A DNA stretch of 63,733 nt, filler included, from Octopus bimaculoides (Eukaryota): assembly GCF_001194135.2 (NCBI RefSeq). It is 9 parts of 7 records of this genome, joined end to end, with 100 filler letters (N's around TTAATTAATTAA, not from the genome) between each part and the next. Parts side by side here need not be neighbours in the genome. Positions count along the whole stretch, not along the records: positions 14,709 to 33,983 come from NC_068981.1; positions 34,084 to 39,797 come from NC_068996.1; 7 more parts are not named here. One strand, 5' to 3'. How positions within the stretch are numbered: position 1 is the first letter of the stretch; each line of letters begins with the position of its first letter. Under the pieces are notes generated by a model. The model had not been told where the DNA came from and did not search any database. It saw only the letters and a list, made by a program, of their open reading frames with translations. The translations under genes were made by a program, and so were the position numbers. Positions 24,211-35,400 of this stretch are shown in pieces.

Positions 24211-26963
24211 ACAGGCTTGTTTTAGTTTCCGTCCACCAAATCCACTCACAAGGCTTTGGTCGGCTGAAGCCTATAGTAGAAGACACTTGCCGAAGGGACT
24301 GAACCTGGAACCATGTCGTTGGGAAGGAAGCTACTTACCACAGAGCCACTCCTGCGCCTATATTCATAAATTCAAAATCCGTCATATGTTATCTATTAAT
24401 ATATTCTATTGGTATTAAAGTTTATATATAAAATAGCTAAAGTTTTTGAAAGAATACAGTGAAATACAAAACGTACAAAAAATAATGTATTGAAGGAAAT
24501 CCATTGAAAAAACTAAGCCTTGTGGAAATGAGCAAAAGCAGTCTAGACACAGGGTTAAGTTACTCTTTTCACAATGATTTTGTGGTTTACCGCTGTAAGA
24601 CTTATTCTGACAACGTCGTTGCTGATCTCGTTTAGCTATTATATGGACATTCATATCAAATTTAACGTCAGCAATGGGTGTGGATTGTGTGATCATCTTT
24701 GTTTATTGTCCAGATTGCTTAGCAGTGGAGAGATTTAGATATGAAACACATAGATATCTCCTGAAATCGAGTACATTTTTATGTTTCCTCCTTTACCTCG
24801 TGAATCAGTTTATAAATAGTCCATGCATTTACAACAGTCATATCAATAACTCTAGTCAACAATGGCCTGTACCACTTTATGCCTCTAATTGAGGTTGCAT
24901 ATTTTGACGCCAACCAGTCCGGCTTGTCAACTTCACCCACGTAGGTGTTATATGAGTCCCAAAGATGTGGTCGAGTCACATTGCTTTTGCTTTTTCATCC
25001 TCACTCTAGCGTTGTACATCGCAAATATGGTTCGACTGAATCATAATTAGTCCCAATTGTCACACATTTAGTGTCAAGCCACCTAACTATAAGGATTTCA
25101 AATCTATAATCATATGAACTTTTTGGCCCCTCTTTCATCAATGCTGTTTCCTTTAGAGGACATCTCTTGAGACGATTATCTCTCGTAGCAGTTGCTTCAA
25201 ACCCCATTTGCCCGAGGTGCACTAGCAGATCAAACTTTGTGAATAAATTATCAAAATATACGGAATGTGACCGAGGACCATCTACCACTCCAAGCAACTA
25301 TATTTGCAAATGAAAGATCGTCTTGAGGTCCTTCTTGAATACTCTTTCCACAATACAGATCAAGGTTGTAACAAGATCCTGTAACACCGCACAATGCCCC
25401 AAATTTGTAATGAAATTCCTTTTATGAATTGTTTCAGTGAATTATGTCCATAGTATTTGACCATCATTATATCGACTGACAGACTCTTTTCAAAAATTCC
25501 GAATTTCTTGGAGGAACTCTGGTAAAGACAGAACGAACTACGTAACCTTTATCATCTTTATTCTCCTCCCAATTTTAATTATTGTGAAAGTGAATGGTGC
25601 TTTTCAGATGCTGTAATTGATTTTTTGTAATAGCAGTATTGATTAGCGGCACACCCAAATATTCCTCATTTGACCAGTGGTTTCTTGTGGAGGGTGACCT
25701 AACATAATTGGAATACATTAGAACTCTCAGAATTTGTTTTCAATTCACCTATAGAAAAGGTCTCCATTTTAGCCTTCTTGGCCGCAGAATATGGAATAGT
25801 TTCTTTCGCTATGTAGTCATATATTTCTACGGTTAGCACTCCCTCAGACATTTCAACAGCGCTGCGTTATTGCATTTTTCTATTCATGTTTCTAATACAT
25901 TCTGAATAATTCTCAGTTCTGCGCTGAGCTTTTGTATAGTCACGTATCTTTTTCGTCCAAAGAGGTTCTGAACAACTTAATTTTTCTTTCTTTGTAGGTT
26001 TTGTTGTTCGTTGCTCTTTGCCCTCCTTCTCTTCGGCAATATTAGTTTCATTTTCCTTCCCAATAATATGTAATTCCAGTGGTCCGGGGACATCGTTGAC
26101 AGTTGACTCACCGGTGTCGTTGTCGTTCGCTACGTCCTCATCAGTGAGATTGTGTGAGTCCGGGGGGTACGAGGATCACGTCGGTTGTCTCAATATTTTT
26201 CTCCTCATCAAAATACTCTTCTAGCAGTTGTTGTATCTCCTCAATTGTCAAAGCATGAGAACATTTCCTCGACATCTAAGGGTAAACACCATAAAACGAT
26301 ATAGTTAACTCTTTATTATTGGTTTTATAATTAATTACTAGAAAACAATATTACAGTCACAGCGTCGCATTACGTAAATCATAACAGTATAGTTCACAGC
26401 ACTTTCAAATGTTCATGATACTAACGTTGAACAAATTTATGAAGAAGCGTCCTCTCTCCGAAACAGCTTCTTCACTTTTGGATGTTGTTGCATACTTTCT
26501 GTCAGTAATTAAAAAAGCATGTTTCAACTTGTCATAACAATACAGCCTCACGTCACCACATGATATTGTTCATGTATCTCTGAGTACCAGCTCACATCGC
26601 TACACAATCACCCAGTGTCATATACATAAGACAGTAATGCTCCAGCATATATTATATAATAAATGTAACATTAAGAAATTTTGTTTTGTAAAATGGTTCT
26701 TACAGAATCATATTTTGATGTTAGATTTATATTGAATCTTTTTAGTCGAATGTTAAAGATCGAAATTTGTAAGCAACCCCACTGACAATATTTTCGTCAT
26801 ATTTGCAATCAAATTAATGATATTTTTAATTATATCATTACTTGATTTAGTAGTAATAAGAGTGCATCATTTACTTAGCATTCACATAAAAAATATACTA
26901 AAATTCGAGCGTATAGCTTATTAAATGTTATCATTTAGTGTCTAATTTATAGGACAGTGGGAC
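23765..26963 (-). mobile_element. Degenerate piggyBac-family DNA transposon with candidate termini
   Basis: Transposase remnant ~24490-26275: acidic N-terminus MSRKCSHALTIEEIQQLLEEYF; VYFDNLFTKFDLL; RWLDTKCVTIGTNYD; YNTYVGEVDKPD..KWYRPL..IDMTVVNAW; Cys-rich C-terminus. TTAAGTCCCA (23761-23770) and TGGGACTTAA (26958-26967) are inverted. Transposase call is strong; termini are less certain. Confidence 0.8.
23927..24358 (-). mobile_element. Near full-length tRNA-derived SINE with internal (TA)n/(TG)n tract, nested in the piggyBac remnant
   Basis: Head GGCGCAGGAGTGGCTCTGTGGTAAG (A box) ..GGTTCAGTCCC (B box), CORE-like GGCAAGTGTCTTCTACTATAG, tail GGTGCTCCAGCATGGCCGCAGTTAAATGACTGAAACAAATAAAAG. Confidence 0.85.
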
Positions 26964-27224
26964 TTAATTTGTAAAATTCTTCCTCTGAAGAAGGAGCTGC
27001 TTTCTGACAAAGAAACAAAGCTCCATCATTGGAAAGGAGATGACTGAAATGACGTCACATTTTAAACCTGAGAAAAGTCTTGCATAGTTTTACTGTTCCA
27101 CTTACAGATTGTATTTGCAATGTGAGAGTCAGTTGATTTCTTGTTCTGAAAATCCAGCCTTATCCAGACTGAGAGTTAAGTATTTGCTTGCAAAACCAAG
27201 GGCTTTTATTATTATTGGTATAAA

Positions 27225-27375
27225 TAGTACTTACGTTCTGAGTTCAAATTCTACCGAAGTCGGCTTTACTATACATACTTTCGGGGTCGATGAAATAAGG
27301 ACCAGTTACGCACTGGGGTCGATGTAATCGACAAGCCCCCTCCCCCAAATATTCCAGGCCCATAGAAGAAAGGAT
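27225..27375 (+). mobile_element. SINE fragment (second tRNA-related family)
   Basis: TTACGTTCTGAGTTCAAATTCTACCGAAGTCGGCTTT..TTCGGGGTCGATGAAATAAG.ACCAGTT..CACTGGGGTCGATGTAATCGAC; homologous to 59715-59912. Confidence 0.7.
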
Positions 27376-27749
27376 TGTTATTGGTATAAATGCGAATTTG
27401 TATCTGGATATAGAAACCGGAAGTTACAATGCATTTGTCCATAATTCCCTTCTTTGTTTTTGATTTTCAAAGAGATATTTCCATCAGAAGGGCAACCGAT
27501 CTGTATGGGAGTACCTACTATTTCTTGTCTATCCCAGCTTGTTACGCTTACCTTGGCATGAATGCACACCTGTTTCTGTCCTCATTCATGATCTCTCTCT
27601 CCACCTCTCTCTCCCTCTCTCTTTCCCCCTTCTCTCTCTCTAACCGGACAACCACCTACCTCCTCTACAGTAACCCTGCTTGTTTCTACCTATTTCTATC
27701 TCTCTGTCACACCAACCTCTCTTCATCTGGCAAAGTTCACAAATTACTT

Positions 27750-28085
27750 GGTGACCCTGCAAATGTTGGTGCCACGTAAAGAGCAACCAATCCACACTGT
27801 AACGTGTTTAGCGTTTGGAAGAGCATCCAGTTGTAAAAATCATTCCAAAACTGACTTAGCCTATGCTGGTGCCATGTAAAAGACACTCTTCCAGGTTGTT
27901 GGTTAGGAAGGGCATCCGTCCCTAAAAACCATGCTAAAACATACACTGAAGCCTTGTGCAGGCTTTTGCCTAACCAGCTCCTGTCAAACCGTCCAAACCA
28001 TGCCAGCGTGAAAAGCAGACGTTAAATGATGAGGATGATGATGATGATGATGACGGCGACGACGATGATGATGATGGCGATGATA
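27750..28085 (+). mobile_element. SINE-like element with (GAT)n tail and duplicated internal module
   Basis: Two TGGTGCCA.GTAAA..GGAAG.GCATCC modules, then CCAAACCATGCCAGCGTGAAAAGCAGACGTTAAATGATGAGGATGATG. Confidence 0.7.
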
Positions 28086-29759
28086 CATCTATATTTTCAG
28101 CTGCACCTTAGAACACCAATGGTTTTGATGTCTCTTTTGTGGATTAGGTATTTAGTAGCAATCTCCCGTTCTTGGACTGTAAATGCATAGCTTACGAAGC
28201 GTAGTGTGACGTAACGGTCTTAAGTCCAAGAGAAGCTTCGTTTCACGTCTGTGTTACTCTCATTTTCAAGTCTACTAGAAACATACTCATATATGGTCAT
28301 TTTTTCTGCTATGCTGAGCGTTCCATTTTTAATCTGTGTGAAATGAAATTCATACTCATTTCGCATATCTTTGATTTCTTTTCCAAAAATCTGAATCAAC
28401 TAAGATGTCGTTACTAGACCTAGAGTACTTTTCTGTAAATATGAAGATGAATTGTAAGCCTTGTCTAGCACTTTACTCCAAAATACAAGAGCAACCCAAG
28501 AATTCATAGTGACTTAGTGTTTCCAGTATACCCTTTGCCTTACGTGCTGCTTTGGGGCGCAGTTTTATTATCCCACCATCCACACTTCTGTGTAGAGCAA
28601 CTACTTGTGCTGATAAATTCTGCAAGACTGCCTCTGCTGCCGACTTTCTAAATGTCCATATAGCATTAGAAAGTTTGTTTAGAGTCACTGTGAAAGGTTT
28701 GATCTGACTGCGTTATTCTACTTTCAGTACTGAAAGACGAGATAAGTTGCCGGAAGAGAAAGGTATAGGCACATTCTAGAGTTCCAAAATTGATTAGAAC
28801 CAAAATATAAAAAACAAAAGACGCTGAAACTTGTTTTTGCAAAGTATAGTTGACAGTAGGCTGTTGCTAGACTATTGTAAACTTTAGGCAAGTGTTTTAT
28901 GAAGTTGCTGTTCTGTACTAGAAGTTGTGTGTTGAAAGGTTATGACGTCAGGGTTTGTTTTGGTTCTTCAGATGTTGGAAACCACCAACATATCACTGGA
29001 GAATGAGAAAACAGTTCAAAAACCATGGAAGGCTGATGAAATAAAGTAATGACTCCAGACAGTTCTTCCAAGACCAAGCGATGAACAAAGGAGAAATAAA
29101 AAAAAATTCGACTTTAATCGCACAAGTGATCTAAATAGTTTTTTTTTAATTGTTGAACAGGCGCCAATTTTGGGAAATGTGCTTGCGGGAAAGGATCATT
29201 CCCTCGCTTCCTTATTAGCAAAACCAATGGAATTATACAAGAGAGAGAGAGAGAAAGATTTACATCAGTAAGATTTTTAACATTTAATGAGTTTCCTACG
29301 CTAGAGTTGATCAGAGCGACTGTAAGAAAGCTAACTTACTTCTATATCAAAAGTTGATCTGAGATTTATATATTAATAACCTAGAACACTGAACGCTGGT
29401 TATTGCAGATAAAAAAAACACATTTGTTCCATTCTAGTATTGAGGAGTTTCACAATCTCGTAGAATATGATGTTAATCGACTGAAATAAAGAGAACTTTT
29501 TTTATGCCATCTATTTTCAAACATCCGTATTTTCAGTTCAAATATAGCTTGATTCAGTTATGATGCTAATTTTAATATTTTGAACTAGGTAGCATCTAAT
29601 TCCATAGAATATCTGTCATCTCTTGCATCCAGTGAATAGTAAATATTAACCTTGAAACGGGGATATGTTTAAACATAAAAGAGATAGGTACTCGGCAACA
29701 GCAAAATGCATTGTTTTCTCAGCTACATTGACCGCAACATTTATGTTTATTTCGTAACA

Positions 29760-29982
29760 TTTGAAATATCTACGAAATAAAGAAACGGAATTGAATCTTC
29801 ATTATTTCATATGCTTCGTTTTCTATATTTTTACAGATAACCAAATATGGCTGCCGTACAGACGACACTAACAGCAACCAGTTCTCTTATTCTTTCAATC
29901 ATTTTTATTATCACACTGACATCACTAAACATCGATGCGAAGGAGCTCGACAATAATTGCGAAATTAAAATTCCTCCCAATA
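29760..29982 (+). pseudogene. Upstream duplicate of the 5' end of the membrane-protein gene (ATG at 29847), truncated by an N gap
   Basis: 29847-29982 is identical to 30371-30506 (136 nt). The upstream intron/acceptor sequence is homologous but diverged. Confidence 0.7.
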
Positions 29983-30370
29983 NNNNNNNNNNNNNNNNNN
30001 NNNNNNNNNNNNNNNNNNNNNNNNNNNNNNNNNNNNNNNNNNNNNNNNNNNNNNNNNNNNNNNNNNNNNNNNNNNNNNNNNNNNNNNNNNNNNNNNNNNN
30101 NNNNNNNNNNNNNNNNNNNNNNNNNNNNNNNNNNNNNNNNNNNNNNNNNNNNAGTTTCTGCCTTCTCCTTCAGTTTTTACATCCGGTTTAAAATAAATCT
30201 TCTTCATTTCGAATAGTTACAGAAAAATGTAACTAAAATGATTCTTCATTAGTTACTTTCAGTTTTATAAAGAATATTTTCTGTTTGAAATATCTATGGA
30301 ATAATTAACCTAAAACGAATCTTCATTATTTTATGTGTTCTATTTTTTTTATTATTACAGATAACGAAAT

Positions 30371-32560
30371 ATGGCTGCCGTACAGACGACACTAACAGCA
30401 ACCAGTTCTCTTATTCTTTCAATCATTTTTATTATCACACTGACATCACTAAACATCGATGCGAAGGAGCTCGACAATAATTGCGAAATTAAAATTCCTC
30501 CCAATATCAGTGAGATTTTATCTCGTTTAGTAAAACTGGAAAAAAAAGTTTTCAATTTTGAAGTCCATTTATCAAACAAGTCACTTGATGACCTTCTTAA
30601 TCCTGTACCATTAGATTATTTTGCAAATGCGAGGCATTTTACGTGGATTCCAGATAAATCAGGCGCTGTAACTCTATATAAAGCTTTCCCCTATGATTTT
30701 TCAATGCACACTTTTAATATGTTAGGCGTTTACGTTGCTAAACAAAGGATTGATATGAATATAACTTGTGGAAAACAAAATATTCAAAGACACGATTTAA
30801 TATATTTGATATTCGAGGAATTGAAAAGAATCATATTTATTGACAAATTGCACATGGGAGAATCTGGATACATGTGTTTTTTTATAAATTTGTCTTATGA
30901 TATGAAGAAGAACAGCCCTGGCACATTTGAAGCTCAGAAAAGAATTGGTATAAATCGAGAGATACTGAAGAACTATTGTTGCAGGATCTATAAAAACGGA
31001 AGCCATGTTTATCACTCCAAATCTATTTGTTCAGGAAAAATCATTGAGAATGCTATGTTTCAGAATTATACACGTATCGTCGGAGCCGTTTTGTGGGCTA
31101 TATTACCATTAATTATTAGTTTCGTATCAAAAGCTAAATTACCTTCACATTCCCGTCAACTCAATCTGCCACTGTTTGCTCACGATGAATTCTTATTTAC
31201 AATTATAAACACGTTGCCAAACAAATCCGAGTGGATCAATGGAAAACATAATATTTACACATTCTCTCATTTTGTGTCTTGGATATTTTGTTTCCACAAT
31301 TCCTCTTTCTTTGCCTCAAGACTAAGAAGATTCCTGTGTATTCTATTCTCTCTTTCAGTAATTGTTCTGGATCTTTTGATGCATTACTTCTTTTTATATG
31401 ATACAATAAAAATACTATTCCAAGATGGTATACCATTGGGCTATCGCGCTCTAATATTAGGAATCCCAGAAAGTTATGAGAATACAGATGGCTTCTTCGG
31501 GGGTCCCTTTTTGTGTTTGATTGGCTACATATTTTTCAGTTTTATTCTTTTCGTTCTTCCCAGTCGTTTAAGTGAGACTATCGCTTATAATACATTACAT
31601 CAAAGATCCACTTGCACATTTCTCATACAAAATATGAGTTTATTAGAGAAGTATGGCAGTTTGAATGTTTCTACACTACAGGATTATGATCTACTCTATG
31701 CAATAATGAAAGCTAATATTTCTACTGCTTTAAACCCAAATTTCTGGCATTTAATAATTTATACTTGGTTTAACCGTATAAAGAAAATTTGGTTGTATTA
31801 CTACGAAAGAAATATTTTCTGGCAATTCATTACACTTTGTCCCTTTGTTTCCATTACAATTTTATTTGCAGTATTTTCTGTCTGTGAATTATTTCTGTGC
31901 CTCTTGTATTATGGAATCCCAATTCTTTATTTGGTTTTAACTTTACCATTAAGTTATTTCAGAGTTTATATTTTCCCTCTGTATTTGAATCCTAACTATA
32001 TTTTCAAGATTATTGCTTTCATTTTAACATTCATATCGTTTCTATGTTTTCTAATTTGGGGAATTTATTCAATCTATATATTTCTTACAAGTCTTGATAT
32101 CCTTTGCGAGTATATATTTTCAATAGCTGTTGCAGTACTTGCTAAGCCTGGTACCGTTGGTGAAACATGGTTCGTTTCCATGTTTCTTGTTTATGGTATT
32201 GCAATTATAAAAGCTGTTCAGAAACAGTATGACTTTATTCTGCTTGAATCTATAAAGCTCACCAAAATTCTTCGTCCAAATTTAGTAAAGTCAAAATATG
32301 GGGAGGAATTCATAAACGCCAAGTTGTTCAAGACAATTATTAACCATCATTTTCCATTGAGATTCGAGATTGGTAAATCTATTGTAAAACTGTTTCTAAT
32401 TGTAACCTTTTTCTTTGCTTGCAACAATATAATAAGTCTAGAAATCTTGGGCTTATCAACATTCACAAAGATTACTTTGATGTTGATGACGTCATTGATA
32501 CCTAAATTTTTGTCTATAATAAATACAGATCGTAGTTTAACACTAACCATGTTAGATAAA
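30371..32560 (+). CDS. Uncharacterised multi-pass membrane protein (signal peptide, ~200-aa Cys-containing ectodomain, ~9-10 hydrophobic segments); 3' end in gap
   Basis: 730 uninterrupted codons in very AT-rich DNA. Hydrophobic N-terminus (LILSIIFIITLTSL), ectodomain with six Cys and sequons NIS, NKS, NIT, NLS, NGS, NYT, then repeated long hydrophobic stretches. Splice acceptor (T-rich..TTACAG, 30360) 10 nt upstream of the ATG. No transposon motifs. Confidence 0.88.
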
Positions 32561-32971
32561 NNNNNNNNNNNNNNNNNNNNNNNNNNNNNNNNNNNNNNNN
32601 NNNNNNNNNNNNNNNNNNNNNNNNNNNNNNNNNNNNNNNNNNNNNNNNNNNNNNNNNNNNNNNNNNNNNNNNNNNNNNNNNNNNNNNNNNNNNNNNNNNN
32701 NNNNNNNNNNNNNNNNNNNNNNNNNNNNNNNNNNNNNNNNNNNNNNNNNNNNNNNNNNNNNNNNNNNNNNNNNNNNNNNNNNNNNNNNNNNNNNNNNNNN
32801 NNNNNNNNNNNNNNNNNNNNNNNNNNNNNNNNNNNNNNNNNNNNNNNNNNNNNNNNNNNNNNNNNNNNNNNNNNNNNNNNNNNNNNNNNNNNNNNNNNNN
32901 NNNNNNNNNNNNNNNNNNNNNNNNNNNNNNNNNNNNNNNNNNNNNNNNNNNNNNNNNNNNNNNNNNNNNNN

Positions 32972-33030
<59 letters not shown>

Positions 33031-33289
33031 ATATATTTCTCCGTGAGTTAGATTTTGGGAAACCAATTAAGCACCTACACACCCATCCAGTTTTATAGCA
33101 AATCTGTTTATTTGCTCATTTGCTCCTCTGCTCAATTGATCATTTATTCCTATATGCTTATATGCTTATATGCTTCCACATCCTTGTTCTTGCAATTACC
33201 AACTCTTTCTGCTTGATAATCTGTACCATTAATACATGTATGTGTATCCATCGAATACATTGGGATAAATAAACATACTGGAATGTTTA

Positions 33290-33745
33290 TCGGCTGATAT
33301 TTATATTTGTCTGTATTCGGTCTATCTATGTACAGGGGCCATCCTGACTTCTGTCTTAGCTGTGAAGAGGAATTAATCTTTTCCATTCATTCTGTTGCTC
33401 CTCATGTTCTCAATTCGCCACTTCTCTTCATCTGAATCTCAACCCACACAGATTACCACACACTTCCCATATTCGACTGCCCCTCTCCTCCACCTACACA
33501 CCTGCACACCGGCTAACTCGGTACCCTCACCACACACCACTCTACACACAGCGCACACAGAGGCCTATGCGTTTACACACACATAATAGCTCTACACACA
33601 AGTTCATACGCACAGACATACACACACCAGTACATGAAACACACATCACTCCACATTATTCTTTTCTCATTCTCTCTCGCTTTTTTTCCCTTTCAATCTT
33701 TTCTGTTGAAAAGTATACGCTCGAAACATCAAAAACTTCTCGATA
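33290..33745 (+). mobile_element. Penelope-like element 3' end (GIY-YIG C-terminus) plus downstream pLTR-like sequence
   Basis: 33310-33435 reads SVFGLSMYRGHPDFCLSCEEELIFSIHSVAPHVLNSP, similar to the PLE C-terminal 'E.ELIF.L.T..P.GLN'. Hammerhead-like motif at 33703-33735. Confidence 0.6.
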
Positions 33746-33754
33746 ATAATAATA

Positions 33755-33855
33755 ATAATCCTTTCTACGGGAAACACAAGGCCTCAAATTTGTGTGGTGA
33801 TCAATAGTCGACTATATCGATTCCAGTGTGTCACTGGTATTTAATTCATCGACGT
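33755..33855 (-). mobile_element. SINE 3' fragment with (TAA)n tail
   Basis: Reverse complement GTCGATGAATTAAATACCAGTGACACACTGGAATCGATATAGTCGAC..GGCCTTGTG..GTAGAAAGGAT matches the 27225 family. Confidence 0.6.
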
Positions 33856-34084
33856 ACATGTACACACACGCACGCACGCACACATGCATATGCACTCACA
33901 TACGCATACATATACAAATATAAAGAAATGATCCTTCAAAACATTCATAAATAATGTGTGTATATATATATATATATATATATNNNNNNNNNNNNNNNNN
34001 NNNNNNNNNNNNNNNNNNNNNNNNNNNTTAATTAATTAANNNNNNNNNNNNNNNNNNNNNNNNNNNNNNNNNNNNNNNNNNNNC

Positions 34085-34320
34085 ATATATGTATGTGTTT
34101 GTGTATATGTTTGCGTGTCTGTGTTTGTCCCCCCAACATTGCTTGACAACCGATGCTTGCATGTTTACGTCCCCGTAACCTAGCGGTTCGGCAAAAGAGA
34201 CCGATAAAATAAGTACTAGGCTTACAAAGAATAAGTCCTGGGGTCGATTTGCTCGACTAAAGGCGGTGCTCCAGCATGGGCACAGTCAAATGACTGAAAC
34301 AAGTAAAAGAGTAAACGCAG
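34085..34320 (+). mobile_element. SINE 3' half (23927 family)
   Basis: GTTTGTCCCCCCAACATTGCTTGACAACCGATGC..AATAAGTACTAGGCTTACAAAGAATAAGTCCTGGGGTCG..GGCGGTGCTCCAGCATGG..GAAACAAGTAAAAGAG. Confidence 0.85.
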
Positions 34321-35019
34321 GTGCCCCCCACACACACGCATACAAACAAAAACGTGTACTCACACACATACACAAACTCAGAAACAGACTCACACATATA
34401 CACACAAGCACACGCATACACATACGTATGCACACAAAGACAATGATACACAGGTACATGCACAGACGTACAGACAGGCACACAAATGCACACATATATA
34501 TACACACGTTGAAACACACACAGAAACACACACACACACACAGATACCACCTGAAAAGTACATATACAAAAGGCACATACACGTACAAAACACGCACACA
34601 TACACACACACACACACACACGCCCTTCCTCTTCCCTGCACACACATAAACATGAATACACGCTGACATACATACAAACACACATACCCACACAGATACA
34701 CTCACACAGAAATACACACATATACAAATCACACACACACACGCGCACACAACCTCGAGTTGCGCAGGCGTAGGTCACGGAAAACATCTTCAAACCTTTG
34801 ACATTCTGGGTTCAAAATTCTACTCTTATAGGTCCCATACCTACAGATCATTAACATGATAAAATCAATAATTCAATAAGTAGCAACGATACACAAGAAT
34901 TAATTAATTTAAACATAGATCCTTATCTTAAAAATAGCGACAACAAAAACAACCACAACAGCAGTAATCAATAAGGGATCTTCGATCATTGGGTAGCAAA
35001 ATGATTTTTAACAAACTTG

Positions 35020-35174
35020 TGGTGCAGACGTAGCTTTATGGTAAGAAGTTTGCTTCTAAAGCATTTTGCGTGGAACGCGGGGCAAGTGTCTTCTACTATA
35101 GATCCAAATCAACCAGAGCTTTGTGAGTGAATTTGGTTCACAGAAAGTGAAAGAAGCTCGTCGTGTGTGCGTGC

Positions 35175-35205
<31 letters not shown>

Positions 35206-35350
35206 TGTGTATGTGTGTGTGTGTGTATGTGTGTGTATATGTGTGTGTATATGTGTGTGTATGTGTGTGTATGTGTATGTGTGTATGTGTGTGTGTATGT
35301 GTGAATCCTCACATATATATGTATATATATGTATACATATATATATGTAT

Positions 35351-35395
<45 letters not shown>

Positions 35396-35400
35396 ACCAC
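35020..35400 (+). mobile_element. SINE 5' half (23927 family) running into a (TG/TA) microsatellite
   Basis: GGTGCAGACGTAGCTTTATGGTAAGAAGTTTGCTTC..GGGGCAAGTGTCTTCTACTATAG..GCTTTGTGAGTGAATTTGG..GAAAGAAGCTCGTCG. Confidence 0.75.

Noticed and set aside
24290-24358. tRNA genes at SINE heads (also 35020, 41150, 59880)
   Set aside because: A/B boxes are present but there is no full cloverleaf or anticodon arm, and each continues into SINE body sequence.
27108-29050. Additional AG-acceptor candidates at 27107 and 28971 as UTR exons
   Set aside because: Pyrimidine tract plus AG is common by chance in this composition, and donors are weak or ambiguous.
30371-32560. Assignment as chemotactile receptor/nAChR or rhodopsin-class GPCR
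   Set aside because: No C-x13-C Cys-loop, too many hydrophobic segments, and no DRY or NPxxY motifs. No gene symbol is given.
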